Shown piece after piece: positions 33,028-43,874 of a stretch of DNA of 53,265 nt. Position 1 is the stretch's first letter, and the number at the start of each line of letters is the position of its first letter. Where the stretch lies: assembly GCA_036012755.1 (NCBI GenBank), contig DASCPX010000245.1:1-53265 (forward strand), in the 5' to 3' direction. The stretch is from Myxococcota bacterium. GTDB taxonomy: Bacteria; Myxococcota_A; UBA796; CAJQPC01. The notes under the pieces were generated by a model, which was not told the DNA's origin, ran no database searches, and worked only from the letters and a program-made list of their open reading frames with translations. A program made the position numbers and the translations under genes.

Positions 33028-34810
33028 CCCCCGGGCTCGACGAAGCCCGGCAGGAACTGCATCAGCTCCAGCGAGTCCCTCGGGCTGAAGCTGGAGGCAT
33101 AGTGCTCGGTGAGGAAGGCGCCGGCCTCGATGTCGGTCTCCTCGTCGAAGCTCCAGTGCCCGAGCAGCCCGGAGTCGTCGTCGAAGGTGCCCGCGTAGTG
33201 AGCTGCGACCTCCCCTGAGCTCAGGGCCCGGTCGTAGATGCGCAGTTCGTCCAGGCCCCCGACGTGGGGCGACCAGTGGCTGTTCCCGAACCAGGCGCCC
33301 GGACTCTGGAGGTGCCCCGTCCAGGCCCCGGTGCTGGTGCCCTGGAGCGGAACCTCGCTGCCGTCGAGGAAGACGTGTGGAGCGCTCCCGTCCTGGGTCA
33401 CGACCAGGTGGCGCCACGCCCCCTCCTCGACCAGCCCTGCGTCGGTCCCCACCGGACAACAGGGGCGCGTCCTCGTCCTCGATGTAGACCAGGACTCCGC
33501 CGTCCGCCAGGCGCCTGATCAGCAGGAAGTCGTAGTAGCCGTTTTCCCAGACGTTCAGAAGATCGCCGTCGCCTGTGGCCCCCTCGCCCTGGCTGAACCA
33601 CAGCTCGACGCTGCCCTCGCTGGAGGCCCAGGCCTCGTCAGCGCCCAGGTCGACCCGGCCGTCACCTTCGAGCAGGATCGCGCCACCGACCGCGCCCTCG
33701 CTGGTCCAGGTGCCGCCTGTCTGCGAGGCCACCCGGCCGTTGCCCGAGGCATCCTGGACCCAGGTCGCCTCGATCAGCTCCCAGAGCCGGTCCTCCAGCG
33801 CGCCGATGTCCGGGTTGTGAAGCGACCAGACGCCGTAGCCCCCGTCGACGAGCACGCGCGTGAGGTCGTTGGGGCCGTAGCCGGAGCCGGCTTCGAGGTT
33901 CACCCGGTACCAGCCGTTTGCACCGTCCATGAAGTTGTTGATCAGCGGCCACTCGGGGTCGGCCCGGTGGGCGGCGACGACCTCTGCGACCCTGGCGGCG
34001 ATCCACCAGTCCGTGTCCGTGACGGCGTTGACGTAGGAGTACCGGCCCGGCTCGTCCTCGCACAGCGTGCTGCCGATGCGGGCGCGCACGAACTCGTCGT
34101 GGTTCATCATGCCCGCGCTGCAGCCCCAGCCGGTCACCTGGAAGAGGCCCTGCTCCTGGAAGACCCAGCGCGCGTAGTGGTCATCGACGAGCACCGAGCC
34201 GTAGTCGGCCAACAGCTGGTCCATCGCCGGTGAGCGCTGCTCGGCGGCAGGTCTGCGACGGCGCTGGAGAGCGCCGCGACGCCGCAGAGGAACTGCGAGC
34301 TCTCCAGCACGATCTCGAACCCGGCGGCGTCCAGCCACATCCATGCAGGCTGCTCGAGGGTGTGCTCGGAGACGTAGTCCTCGCCGGGCACGTAGTAGTA
34401 CCTGTAGGTGCTCTGCTGGGACAGCAGCGGGTGGGCCTCCAGGTAGACCTCGCTGAGCCCGTCCAGGAAGTCCACGTCCTTCAGCATCGTGGCGGTTCGC
34501 AACAGCGGGGCTGTGTAGAGCTGCGCGTTGTAGAGCCAGGTGGGGTCGCCGGTCCCCCCGATCTCGACCCACTCGACCAGGTCGGGCTTGTGGCTCTCGA
34601 AGATGACCCTCAACAGCGCGAGCTTGTCCTCGTCGAGCACCCACTCCGGGTCTACGCCGGTGTCGCTCGTGTCGCTCGTGTCGCTCGTGTCCGCCGTGTC
34701 GGTGCTGTCCTGCGTGGGTGCGCTGTCGAGGACGCTGTCCAAGGCGCTGTCGACGACGGGTTCGTTGGCAGGAGGCGCCGTGCAGGACAGGAGGAACGCG
34801 GTGCCAGCAT
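33024..34810 (-). pseudogene. Frameshifted lipoprotein gene with a C-terminal LamG-like domain
   Basis: One protein reads across three frame changes (about 34800, 34245 and 33454); LamG-like SVELWF...WRHLVVT.DG....FLDG...GGLDELRIYDRALS..EV. Confidence 0.7.
34660..34691 (-). repeat. 9-nt tandem repeat encoding DTS units
   Basis: GTGTCGCTC x3 plus GTGTC on the + strand. Confidence 0.8.
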
Positions 34811-34815
34811 AGTGG

Positions 34816-35164
34816 CTAGCAACGTCTCCGGGAGACGCGCTCTGCGGGCTCGATATCGACCTCGAGGCGAGCGTCCCCGCGGCTCAGGAGCACCGTCAGG
34901 CTCTGCTCGACGTTCCTGGCGAGCACCGAGAAGAGGTCCTCGAGAGAGGACAGCTCCGCTCCGCCTGCTTCGTGCAGGATGTCACCGACCCGCAGTCCGC
35001 CGGCTTCGGCGAGGGAGGTTGTGGTTGGCGGTGACGAGCAGCCCGCCCTCGGCCCAGACGGTCGCGGTCGCGTTCACCCGGCGCCCGACGACGGTGAAGA
35101 GGGAAGGGGAGGTGGCTTCGACGAGTCCGGAGAGGGACTCTGAGAGTTCATGTAGTGCAGTCAT
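34816..35164 (-). pseudogene. Internally deleted S1C (trypsin-PDZ) serine protease remnant
   Basis: MTALHELSESLSGLVEATSPSL...LLVTANH (to the catalytic His) is joined out of frame near 35012 to a PDZ C-half AEAGGLRVGDIL...LEDL...LSRGD, ending TAG at 34816-34818. Confidence 0.75.
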
Positions 35165-35247
35165 GGGCAGATGATGCTCGCGCCACGGGATGCCGCGCAT
35201 CGCCCGATGGTGGAGGCTCCCCACTCTTTCGAGCAGGTCCCACCTCG

Positions 35248-35796
35248 CTACAGGGTCAGGAGTCCCATCCGCGTCGCACGCACGACCGCGTCGGTGCGGT
35301 TTCGGGCCTCGAGCTTCTGGAGCAGCGCGTTGACGTGGAACTTCACCGTGTGCTCCGAGACCCCGAGGCGCTTGGCGACGCTGCGGTTGCTCAGCCCTTG
35401 GGCCAGCTGCTGGAGCACCTCGTTCTCTCGCGAGGTCAATGGCTCCACCGGGTCGAGATCGTTGTCGTTCAGGCCGAGGATGGCGTCAAAGGCCGCGTCC
35501 ACGACCCGCATCCCCGCCGCCAGGGCCGCCAGCGCGTCACGGATCCTCTCGACCCGTCCGTCACGCATCAACACGCCATCCGCCCCTGCTCCCAGCGCCT
35601 CGCGGGCGCTCGAGAGGTTCGTGGCGAGGGCCAGGACGGGTAGATCCAGCGCGGGTGCAGGGCTGACCTCGCCCAGGCCGACATCCCAGATCACGCCGTC
35701 GGCGTCGTTGTCGGCGACGGTGATGTCGACGCGCTCGAGCAGGCTGCGCAGGCCGCCGAGGACGAGTGGGTCGGGACCGATGAGGCGAGCGCGCAC
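35248..35796 (-). CDS. LuxR/NarL-type regulator with a degenerate receiver domain
   Basis: LTSRENEVLQQLAQGLSNRSVAKRLGVSEHTVKFHV..LLQKL.ARNRTDAV; GTG start at 35796. Confidence 0.9.
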   Translation of the reverse strand: MRARLIGPDPLVLGGLRSLLERVDITVADNDADGVIWDVGLGEVSPAPALDLPVLALATNLSSAREALGAGADGVLMRDGRVERIRDALAALAAGMRVVDAAFDAILGLNDNDLDPVEPLTSRENEVLQQLAQGLSNRSVAKRLGVSEHTVKFHVNALLQKLEARNRTDAVVRATRMGLLTL

Positions 35797-35831
35797 CCCG
35801 CGACAGTAGGCACGGCTCGTTAGAGGTCTAC

Positions 35832-36374
35832 ATGCTGTTGTTCGCCATCGCCCTCGCCGCCCCACCTGCAGAACCTGTCGCGAAGGTCGGGAGCTGCCCC
35901 AGCGGCTACTCGACCAGCGGCGACTTCTGCAACCCGGGCAGCAGCGCCCGCTTTGCGGTGGCGAAGGTCGGGAGCTGCCCCAGCGGCTACAGCACCTCCG
36001 GCGACTACTGCCTCGCCGGGTCCTCGGCCCGTCACGCGGTGGCGAAGGTCGGGAGCTGCCCCAGCGGCTACAGCACCTCCGGCGACTACTGCCTCGCCGG
36101 CAGTTCCACCGACGAGGACATCACGACGGAGCTGTCGCCCCGGGCCCTGCCCAAGACCGGCAGCTGTCCCAGCGGCTACTCCTCCAGCGGCGACTACTGC
36201 AACCCCGGCAGCTCCGCCCGCTACGCCGTCGTCAAGGTGGGTTCCTGTCCGAGCGGCTACTCGACCAGCGGCGACTACTGCCTCGCCGGCTCCAGCGCGC
36301 GCTTGGCTGTCCCGAAGGGTGGGAGCTGTCCCTCCGGAATGTCCAGCAGCGGCGACTACTGCCTGGCGCACTAG
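35832..36374 (+). CDS. Secreted Cys-repeat protein (6 x KxGSCPSGYSxSGDYC)
   Basis: Signal MLLFAIALA; six ~27-aa two-Cys repeats arranged 3 + linker + 3. Confidence 0.85.
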   Translation: MLLFAIALAAPPAEPVAKVGSCPSGYSTSGDFCNPGSSARFAVAKVGSCPSGYSTSGDYCLAGSSARHAVAKVGSCPSGYSTSGDYCLAGSSTDEDITTELSPRALPKTGSCPSGYSSSGDYCNPGSSARYAVVKVGSCPSGYSTSGDYCLAGSSARLAVPKGGSCPSGMSSSGDYCLAH

Positions 36375-36386
36375 TTCTCTCCGGCG

Positions 36387-39300
36387 CTAGTCCACGAAGA
36401 CCCGGGCGTTCCGGAACAGGCGCAGCCAGGGGCCGTCATCGGGCCAGTCGGCTGGCGTCCAACTATTGGTTATCGTTCGGAAGACGCGCTCCGGGTGAGG
36501 CATGAGGATCGTGGCGCGGCCGTCTTCCGAGGACAAGGCGGTGATGCCCCCTGGCGAGCCGTTGGGGTTCGCAGGGTAGGTAGTCGCGACGCGGCCGTGG
36601 TTGTCGACGAAGCGCCCGGCCACCAGGGCATCGATGGGCCCGTCGAAGAGCGCTCGCCCCTCTCCATGGGCCACCGCGACCGGCAGGCGGCTGCCGGCCA
36701 TCGAGGCGAGCAGGACACTGGGTGACTCGAGGATCTCGACGGTCGAGACCCTGGCCTCGAACTGCTCGCTGCGGTTCTTGACGAAGCGCGGCCACCCCCC
36801 GGCGCCGGGGATGAGCTCCTTGAGCTGCGAGAGCATCTGGCAGCCGTTGCAGACACCCAGGGAGAAGGTCCCCGGGCGGTGGAAGAAGGCCTCGAAGGCG
36901 GCGCGAACCCGCGCCTCGAACAGGATGGTCTTGGCCCAGCCGCCCCCGGCGCCGAGCACGTCGCCGTAGGAAAACCCCCCGCAGGCGGCGAGGCCGACGT
37001 AGGCGCCGAGGTCATCCAGGCCGCGAGCGAGGTCGCTCATGTGGACATCGACGGCCTCGAAGCCCGCAGCGTGGAAGGCCGCTGCCATCTCGATCTGCCC
37101 GTTGACTCCCTGCTCACGGAGGATGGCCACCTTGGGCCGCGTGCCTCGGTAGCGTGCGGTCGTGTCCTCGCTCGGATCGAAGGTGAGGTGAGGGGAGATG
37201 CCAGGATCGTCTCGGTCCAGCAGGGCCTCGAAGGCCTCTGTCGCGCACACGGGATCGTCCCGGAGGGCCTGCATGCGGTAGCTCGTGTCGGCCCATGCGC
37301 GGTGGAGGTCGACGACGGCCTCGTCGAGCAGACCGTCGATGCGGAGGCGCGCCCCCACGGTGGCCCGACCCAGCACGCGGATCGGCAGGTCCAGCTGGCT
37401 CGCCGCGGCCAGCACCACCTCGACATCCTCTGAGGCGACCTGCAAGACACCGCCGGGCTCCTCGGCGAAGAGGGCACGCACCGGGTCGCCCTCGACCACC
37501 ACCTGGACACCGCAGCGGCCAGCAAAGGCCATCTCGCAGAGCGTCACGACGAGCCCGCCGTCGCTGATGTCGTGCCATGCCAGGCCGAGGTGCCGCACCT
37601 CGCGCATGAAGGTCGACAGCGCGACCAGCCGTCCCGCCGAGTCGAGGTCGGCGGGCACCGCCCCCAGCTGCCCGTGGACCTGGGCGAGGGCCGACGCGCC
37701 GAGGCGCCCAGCGCCAGCGGAGAGATCGACGTGCAGGAGCGCTCCCTCGGGCTGGAGCCGAGGAGTCAGCACCGTGCGCACGTCGGCCACGGTCGCGAAG
37801 GCGGTGACCACGAGCGACAGGGGGGCCGTGACCTGCTCGCCGTCCCAGGCGGCGCGCATCGACATCGAGTCCTTTCCGACCGGGATGCAGATCCCGAGGG
37901 CCGGGCAGAGCTCCAGGCCAAGGGCCTCGACGGTGGCGTAGAGGTTGGCGTCCTCTCCCGGGTGGCCGGCGGGGCACATCCAGTTCGCCGAGAGCACGAC
38001 GCGGTCGTCCTGCTCGAGGCCCACTCCCATCAGGTTCGTCAGCGCCTCTGCCACAGCGAGCCGGGCGGAGCTGGGGCCGCTCAACAGCGCCACCGGGGGC
38101 CGCTCACCCATTGCCATCGCCTCGCCGGTGAAGCCCGTGTAGTCGGTGGTCGTCACCGCGCAGTCGGCGACGGGGACCTGCCACGGGCCGACCATCTGGT
38201 CGCGCACCACGGTGCCGGTGATCGAGCGGTCCCCGATGGTGACGAGGAACTCCTTGCTTGCGACGGTGGGGAGGGCGAGCACCCGGTAGAGCGCCTCGCG
38301 GATGTCCACGCCGGCGGTGTCGAAGGCGGTGCGCTCGATCTGGACGCTCTCCACGTCCCGGTGCATCTTCGGCGGCTTGCCGAGCAGCACCTCCAGCGGC
38401 ATGTCGATGGGGCCCTCGCCGAGCAGCTCGTCGGAGAGCACCAGGCGCTGCTCCGCCGTGGCGTGACCGACGACAGCCCATGGGGCACGCTCGCGCTCGC
38501 AGATCGCCGCGAACCGTGGGACGTCCACTGCAGCGATGGCGAGGACGTAGCGCTCCTGGGCTTCGTTGCACCAGATCTCCATCGGCGAGAGCCCGGGCTC
38601 GTCGCAGGGGACCCGGCGCAGCTCGAAGCTGGCCCCCCGCGAGGCGTCGTGCACGAGCTCCGGGAGGGCGTTGGAGAGCCCGCCGGCGCCTACGTCGTGG
38701 ACCGAGGCGATGGGGTTGGCGTGCCCAAGTGCCCAGCAGCGGTCGAGGGCTTCCTGGCACCGGCGCTCGATCTCGGGGTTCGCCCGCTGCACGCTGGCGA
38801 AGTCGAGGTCCTCTGACTGGTCCCCGGTGGCCATGCTGCTGGCGGCCCCCCCGCCGAGGCCGATCAACAGGGCGGGACCTCCGAGCACCACGATGGCCGC
38901 CCCCACCGGGATGGGGTCCTTGAAGACATGCCCGGGGCGGACGTTCCCGTAGCCCCCGGCGATCATGATGGGCTTGTGGAAGCCCCGCCACTCGGGACCC
39001 TCCGCCCCCTGGACGCGCATGCAGAAGGTGCGGAAGTAGCCCGTGAGGTTCGGCCGCCCGAACTCGTTGTTGAAGGCGGCGCCGCCGATGGGCCCCTCCA
39101 GCATGATGTCCAGCGCCGAGGCCATGCGTGGGGAGGTGCCGACGTCCGCTTCCCAGGGCTTCGGCGAGCCGGGGATCTTCAGATCGCTCACGGTGAAGCC
39201 GCAGAGCCCCGCCTTCGGCTTGCCCCCGCGACCGGTCGCGCCCTCGTCGCGGATCTCGCCGCCGTTACCGGTCCCCGCCCCCGGGTCGGGCGAGATCCCC

Positions 39301-40160
39301 GTCGGGTGGTTGTGGGTCTCGACCTTCATGAGCATCGAGGCGCGCTCGCGGTGGCTTCGGTAGCTGCGGTCGCCGTCTGCGAAGAAGCGCTGCACCTCGT
39401 AGCCGCTCACCACCGCCGCGTTGTCCTCGTAGGCGGACTCGGTGAAGCCTGGAGCGCGAGCGTGGGTGTTCCGGATCATCGAGAACAGGCTGGGGCCCAT
39501 CGCGACCCCGTCGATGGTCCAGCTCGCGTTGAAGATCTTGTGACGACAGTGCTCCGAGTTGGCCTGGGCGAACATCATCAGCTCAGCGTCGCTCGGGTCG
39601 CGCCCAAGGTCCTCGAAGGCATCGACGAGGTAGTCGATCTCGTCGTCCGCGAGGGCCAGTCCCCAAGCGGTGTTCGCCTTCGAGAGCGCCTCGCGGCCCT
39701 CTGCCAAGACCGGGACGTGCCTCAGTCCTCGCGGCTCCGAGCGGCCGAACAGCGCCTCGGCCGCCCCCAGGTCCGGGAGCACCGCCTCCACCATGCGGTC
39801 GTGGATGAGGTGAGCGATAATCGCCACTTCGCACCCGTCGACGGTCCAGGCGACCCCCCGCTCGATGCGCCGGATGCCAGGGAGTCCGGCGTTGTGCGCG
39901 ATGTCCGTGGCCTTCGATGACCAGGGCGAGATCGTGCCCGGACGCGGGGTGACGAGGGCGTCGATCCGGGGCTCGAGGGCTGGGGCTGCCTCCGCCCCGT
40001 AGCGAAGCAGGGAGCGCAACAGCTCCGGGTCCTCGACCACACCGTCGACGAGGTGGACGTAGTGGGCTGCCAGCGCGGTGACGCCGGCCTCTGTTGTCGC
40101 GGCGAGGAGCTTGGCGAGACGGAAGTCCGAGCGGGCAGGTCCACCGATGAGCGCGAGCAT
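36387..40160 (-). CDS. purL: Phosphoribosylformylglycinamidine synthase, large single-chain form
   Basis: [75 protein letters not shown]. Confidence 0.98.
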   Translation of the reverse strand: MLALIGGPARSDFRLAKLLAATTEAGVTALAAHYVHLVDGVVEDPELLRSLLRYGAEAAPALEPRIDALVTPRPGTISPWSSKATDIAHNAGLPGIRRIERGVAWTVDGCEVAIIAHLIHDRMVEAVLPDLGAAEALFGRSEPRGLRHVPVLAEGREALSKANTAWGLALADDEIDYLVDAFEDLGRDPSDAELMMFAQANSEHCRHKIFNASWTIDGVAMGPSLFSMIRNTHARAPGFTESAYEDNAAVVSGYEVQRFFADGDRSYRSHRERASMLMKVETHNHPTGISPDPGAGTGNGGEIRDEGATGRGGKPKAGLCGFTVSDLKIPGSPKPWEADVGTSPRMASALDIMLEGPIGGAAFNNEFGRPNLTGYFRTFCMRVQGAEGPEWRGFHKPIMIAGGYGNVRPGHVFKDPIPVGAAIVVLGGPALLIGLGGGAASSMATGDQSEDLDFASVQRANPEIERRCQEALDRCWALGHANPIASVHDVGAGGLSNALPELVHDASRGASFELRRVPCDEPGLSPMEIWCNEAQERYVLAIAAVDVPRFAAICERERAPWAVVGHATAEQRLVLSDELLGEGPIDMPLEVLLGKPPKMHRDVESVQIERTAFDTAGVDIREALYRVLALPTVASKEFLVTIGDRSITGTVVRDQMVGPWQVPVADCAVTTTDYTGFTGEAMAMGERPPVALLSGPSSARLAVAEALTNLMGVGLEQDDRVVLSANWMCPAGHPGEDANLYATVEALGLELCPALGICIPVGKDSMSMRAAWDGEQVTAPLSLVVTAFATVADVRTVLTPRLQPEGALLHVDLSAGAGRLGASALAQVHGQLGAVPADLDSAGRLVALSTFMREVRHLGLAWHDISDGGLVVTLCEMAFAGRCGVQVVVEGDPVRALFAEEPGGVLQVASEDVEVVLAAASQLDLPIRVLGRATVGARLRIDGLLDEAVVDLHRAWADTSYRMQALRDDPVCATEAFEALLDRDDPGISPHLTFDPSEDTTARYRGTRPKVAILREQGVNGQIEMAAAFHAAGFEAVDVHMSDLARGLDDLGAYVGLAACGGFSYGDVLGAGGGWAKTILFEARVRAAFEAFFHRPGTFSLGVCNGCQMLSQLKELIPGAGGWPRFVKNRSEQFEARVSTVEILESPSVLLASMAGSRLPVAVAHGEGRALFDGPIDALVAGRFVDNHGRVATTYPANPNGSPGGITALSSEDGRATILMPHPERVFRTITNSWTPADWPDDGPWLRLFRNARVFVD

Positions 40161-40238
40161 GCTCGCGGCCTAACGCGCGTCGGGGGCCCGGTTTGGGACG
40201 TTGCGGCAACGGACGAGCGCTCTGCGTACACTGGGTCC

Positions 40239-41165
40239 ATGCTCCTGCTCTTGATCAGTTGTACGAAGCCCAGCGACAGCGGAACCCACGACAGCTACAC
40301 CTACGTTCCACCCGACGAGGTGGAACTCGACGGCGAGTGCGAGATGGCCGTCGACTTTGGTGGCTTCACCATCCGCGCGGCCTCTGGCAGCACTGACGTC
40401 GACGGCAGCGTCGCCGATGGCGTGGTGCCCATCAGCGTGCTCGAGGAGACCGTCACCGACGGGGACTGCCGGTTGCTGAAGCGGAACAACCCCTACTGCG
40501 ACCCGGGCTGCGATGCCGGCGAGACCTGCGACTTCGACGGGACCTGCCTTCCCTACCCACCCAGCCAGGATCTCGGCACCGTCAGCATCTACGGCCTGGC
40601 CCAGGCGGTAGAGATGGAGCCTGTCTTTCCGGGCAACACCTACTTCGACACCTCCTTGCCCCACCCGGCGTGGAGCCCTGGCGACGTGCTCGTGCTGGAG
40701 ATGCCCGGCGGCGTCTACGGTCCCGCCGAGCTCCACGGCGTCGGCGTCGACGAACTCACCGGCATCAACGAGCCCTGGGCGGTCGAGGGCGGCGAGGACT
40801 TCACTGTCACCTGGGACGCTCCCACCACCGACGAGGTCCACAGCCAGATCGAGTTCTTCCTCAACATCGATCTCCACGGCATCTCACCGAGCGTGATGCG
40901 CTGTAGCTTCGAGGACACCGGCAGCGCCACGGTGTCCGGGGCTGTCATCGAGGCCCTCGTCGACACCGGGGTCACGGGCTTCCCGAGCGCCTCGCTCGAG
41001 CGTCGCACCGTCGACAAGGCAGACGCTGGCGAGGGCTGCATGGACTTCCAGGTGAGCTCCAAGCAGTCGGTCGACATCGACGTTGTCGGCTTCACGCCCT
41101 GCGTCACCAACGCCGAGTGTCCCGAAGGTCAGGAGTGCAACGAGGAGTTCCAGATCTGCGAGTGA
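40239..41165 (+). CDS. Hypothetical Cys-rich lipoprotein
   Basis: MLLLLISC at 40239; CDPGC..GETCDFDG.C and C-terminal CVTNAECPEGQEC disulfide motifs. Confidence 0.8.
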   Translation: MLLLLISCTKPSDSGTHDSYTYVPPDEVELDGECEMAVDFGGFTIRAASGSTDVDGSVADGVVPISVLEETVTDGDCRLLKRNNPYCDPGCDAGETCDFDGTCLPYPPSQDLGTVSIYGLAQAVEMEPVFPGNTYFDTSLPHPAWSPGDVLVLEMPGGVYGPAELHGVGVDELTGINEPWAVEGGEDFTVTWDAPTTDEVHSQIEFFLNIDLHGISPSVMRCSFEDTGSATVSGAVIEALVDTGVTGFPSASLERRTVDKADAGEGCMDFQVSSKQSVDIDVVGFTPCVTNAECPEGQECNEEFQICE

Positions 41166-41166
41166 G

Positions 41167-42705
41167 CTACTCGGGGCACTCCGTCGCCATCAGGTAGTAG
41201 ACCCTCAGCGTCGTGCCGTTGGGCGGGTAGTCGGTGCTGTCGAAGATGATCTCGTTCTGGTCCACGTCATAGGTCCAGCCGGTCGTATGGGGCAGGCTGT
41301 CCCAGTAGATCTCGATCGTGCTCGCCGCCGGGCTGCCCTCGAGCTCGAACTGCTGGATGTCCCCGAGGAAGGCCTCTACCACCTGCTCCATGTAGGTGAT
41401 CCAGTCGGCGGCGCAGATGTCGAGGAAGAGGCCGTCGGTCATGGTGACGGCGTCCGCGAAGTTGTAGAAGGGCACCGAGCCGCAGGCTCCGGTCGTCGTC
41501 CCGCCGATGGCGTGGACCTGGACGTCATCGTCGTCGTCCTTGAGGTCCCGCCAGTCGGTGACGTAGGTGGTGGCGCTCCCCGAGCTGTTGTCCGCGTCGT
41601 CGTTGATCGCGAAGAGGTTGAGCTTCGAGTCCTCGAACTCCCCCTCGAGGAGCCAGTCGATGTTCTCGTTCACGGCGTTGTCGAGGGTGTACATGTTGGA
41701 GTCGTTGTCCCCGTAGTTCGACGAGCCCGAGAGCATGTCGTAGAAGACGTCGACGGAGTCCTCGGCCGTGTAGGTGTCGTCGATGTACAGGACGTCGGCG
41801 CGCTGGATGCCGTCCTCGTTCAGGAAGCAGGCCATGCGGAACTGGACGTCGAACTCGTCGAGGTAGGTGAAGAAGGTCTCGATGGAGTTCTCGAGCTTGC
41901 TCGCGTGGGTCTGGTAGATCGCGATCTCGTTGATGTTCATCAGGATCGTCAGCGACTGCCGCTCCGACACCTCCCAGTACATCGTGTTGTCGGCCTCGAT
42001 CCAGCCATTGGCCTGGGCCGCGACGGTCGTCATGGGGGCGAAGGGGTCGTTCGTCTCGATGTACAGCGTCGTGGAGGTCGGCTGCGTCGCGCTGGGTGTG
42101 TAGACGAGCTCGATCTCCGCAGCCTCGCTCGGTGCCACCGTGATCGGAAGCTCGTCCGAGACGATGGTGAACTCGGGGGCGTAGTCCAGCGTGAGGTCCT
42201 CGATGAGCAGATCGGTGGTCCCGGTGTTGAGCACCGTCAGGATCTCCGACTCGCTGCAGCCCACCGTCACGGTCCCCAGGTCCACCTCCTCGTGGCTGAT
42301 CTCGGAGGCCGGACCGTCCCCGGTGCCCGTCACGGGGATCGTCAGGTCCTCCAGGTCCGCGGGAGAGATGCCGACTCGTAGCCAGGCGTTCGTCGACAGG
42401 GACTCCGGTGCCGTCGGCGTCCACGAGATCTCCACCGTCGCGATGCGGTTCGACTCGACCGTCAGGATCCCCGGCGCGCCGACGTCGATGGTGTCGTCGT
42501 CGGCACCCAGCTCCGCCAAGAACAGCGTGCTCGCGCTCTTGTTGGTGATGCTGATCTCTTCGAGCGCAGAGGTCCCCAGCTCCACCGAGCCGAAGTCCAG
42601 CCTCTCGGGGCTGAGCACCACCACGACTCCATCGGGGGTGTCATCGACGATCGGAGGCTCTTCCTCTTCCGGGTCACCGCACGCAAACAGCAGGAGTGCC
42701 AACAT
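41167..42705 (-). CDS. Lipoprotein with two Ig-like (choice-of-anchor D) domains and a vWA-like domain
   Basis: MLALLLFAC at 42705; LDFGSV...ITN and VDLG.V.VGC...NTG...TNDP; vWA-like region ...INDDADNS...VHAIGG...DICAADW. Confidence 0.8.
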   Translation of the reverse strand: MLALLLFACGDPEEEEPPIVDDTPDGVVVVLSPERLDFGSVELGTSALEEISITNKSASTLFLAELGADDDTIDVGAPGILTVESNRIATVEISWTPTAPESLSTNAWLRVGISPADLEDLTIPVTGTGDGPASEISHEEVDLGTVTVGCSESEILTVLNTGTTDLLIEDLTLDYAPEFTIVSDELPITVAPSEAAEIELVYTPSATQPTSTTLYIETNDPFAPMTTVAAQANGWIEADNTMYWEVSERQSLTILMNINEIAIYQTHASKLENSIETFFTYLDEFDVQFRMACFLNEDGIQRADVLYIDDTYTAEDSVDVFYDMLSGSSNYGDNDSNMYTLDNAVNENIDWLLEGEFEDSKLNLFAINDDADNSSGSATTYVTDWRDLKDDDDDVQVHAIGGTTTGACGSVPFYNFADAVTMTDGLFLDICAADWITYMEQVVEAFLGDIQQFELEGSPAASTIEIYWDSLPHTTGWTYDVDQNEIIFDSTDYPPNGTTLRVYYLMATECPE

Positions 42706-42781
42706 GCCCCCAGTCTGACACAGGCGCGCCCGGCCCCGTCTGTGCTTCCGGTACCGTGGGCGCTGGACATCAGGGAGTTCC

Positions 42782-43864
42782 GTGGCCGCGCTCATTTTTG
42801 CTGTCATCGCGTGCATTCCCGACAACCCAGGGGAGTCCGGCCCCACCGAGAGCGCCGTCGAACACAGCGGTGAGACCGGAGAGACCGGTGACAGCGGGAA
42901 TCCCGAGGACTGCGGGGAGCCCGTCGTCACCTTCGTCGGCGAGGACGCCACCGAGACCGACCTCACGGCGCCGCTGTTGGCCGGCACCTACACCACCCTG
43001 GACGCTCCGGGCACGCTGCGGGTCTGTCCGGGCACCTGGTTCGCGCGGCTCTTGATCCGCGCCGACGTCCACGTCGAGGGTCTGGGCTCTGCGCCGGAGG
43101 ACACGGTGCTCTCCGCGGGCGAGCAGGGCACGATCCTGGACGTGATGGGTCCGGACGTGCTCCTCACCGTGCAGAACGTCACCCTGGATCGGGGCGCCGG
43201 GCTCGATGTCGAGCACAACTCCGGCGGAGGCGGCGTCTACTGCGAGTCAGAGGGCAGCGTGCTGGTCGAGGACGTCATCTTCTCCAACAACGTCGCCAAC
43301 GACGGCCCTGGCATGTACGTGACGCGGTGCACCATCGACCTCACGCGGGTCGTCTTCCGAGACAACTACGGCGAGGACGACGGCGGCGCGCTCACGATGT
43401 GGTTCTCCGAGGGCACCCTCACCGACGTGGTCTTCGAGAACAACGAGGCCCTCGAGGGCGGCGCGGTCGCCATGTTCGAGAGCACCTTCTCCGCCAGCGG
43501 ACTCGAGATCCGCGACAACCTCGCCCACAACTTCGGAGGCGGCATGTGGATCTTCCGCTCGCAGGCCGAGTTGACCGACACGGTCTTCGAGTCGAACGTC
43601 AATGACGGGACCAACGGGGCGGGCCTGCTGTTCAACGGCACCGGCGCGCTGACCCGCGTGGACTTCCACGACAACGTCGGCGTCAGGGGCGGCGGCATCT
43701 TCCTCTACTGGGAGAGCGTGCTCACCGGCGAAGACTGCGACTTCTCCGGAAACACGCCGAACGACATCTGGGTCGCCGACTACAGTGACGAAGAGGGGCA
43801 CGCCGTCGAGGCAGGCGAGGGTTACTCCTTCTCTTGCGCTGGCAACGAGTGCAGCGAGCAGTAG
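42782..43864 (+). CDS. Lipoprotein with a right-handed beta-helix (pectin-lyase/PMP-like GGA repeats)
   Basis: Repeated F..N.A..GG(A/G) units; N-terminus MAALIFAVIAC. Confidence 0.85.
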   Translation: MAALIFAVIACIPDNPGESGPTESAVEHSGETGETGDSGNPEDCGEPVVTFVGEDATETDLTAPLLAGTYTTLDAPGTLRVCPGTWFARLLIRADVHVEGLGSAPEDTVLSAGEQGTILDVMGPDVLLTVQNVTLDRGAGLDVEHNSGGGGVYCESEGSVLVEDVIFSNNVANDGPGMYVTRCTIDLTRVVFRDNYGEDDGGALTMWFSEGTLTDVVFENNEALEGGAVAMFESTFSASGLEIRDNLAHNFGGGMWIFRSQAELTDTVFESNVNDGTNGAGLLFNGTGALTRVDFHDNVGVRGGGIFLYWESVLTGEDCDFSGNTPNDIWVADYSDEEGHAVEAGEGYSFSCAGNECSEQ

Positions 43865-43874
43865 GAAGGTCGCC

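Noticed and set aside
35878..36365. 81-nt-period repeats as a CRISPR array
   Set aside because: The intervening parts are themselves homologous, the period is a multiple of 3 within one ORF, and no cas genes are present.
36387..40160. Large single-chain PurL as a sign of horizontal transfer
   Set aside because: Composition matches its neighbours and the large form is widespread in Gram-negative bacteria; nothing visible supports transfer.
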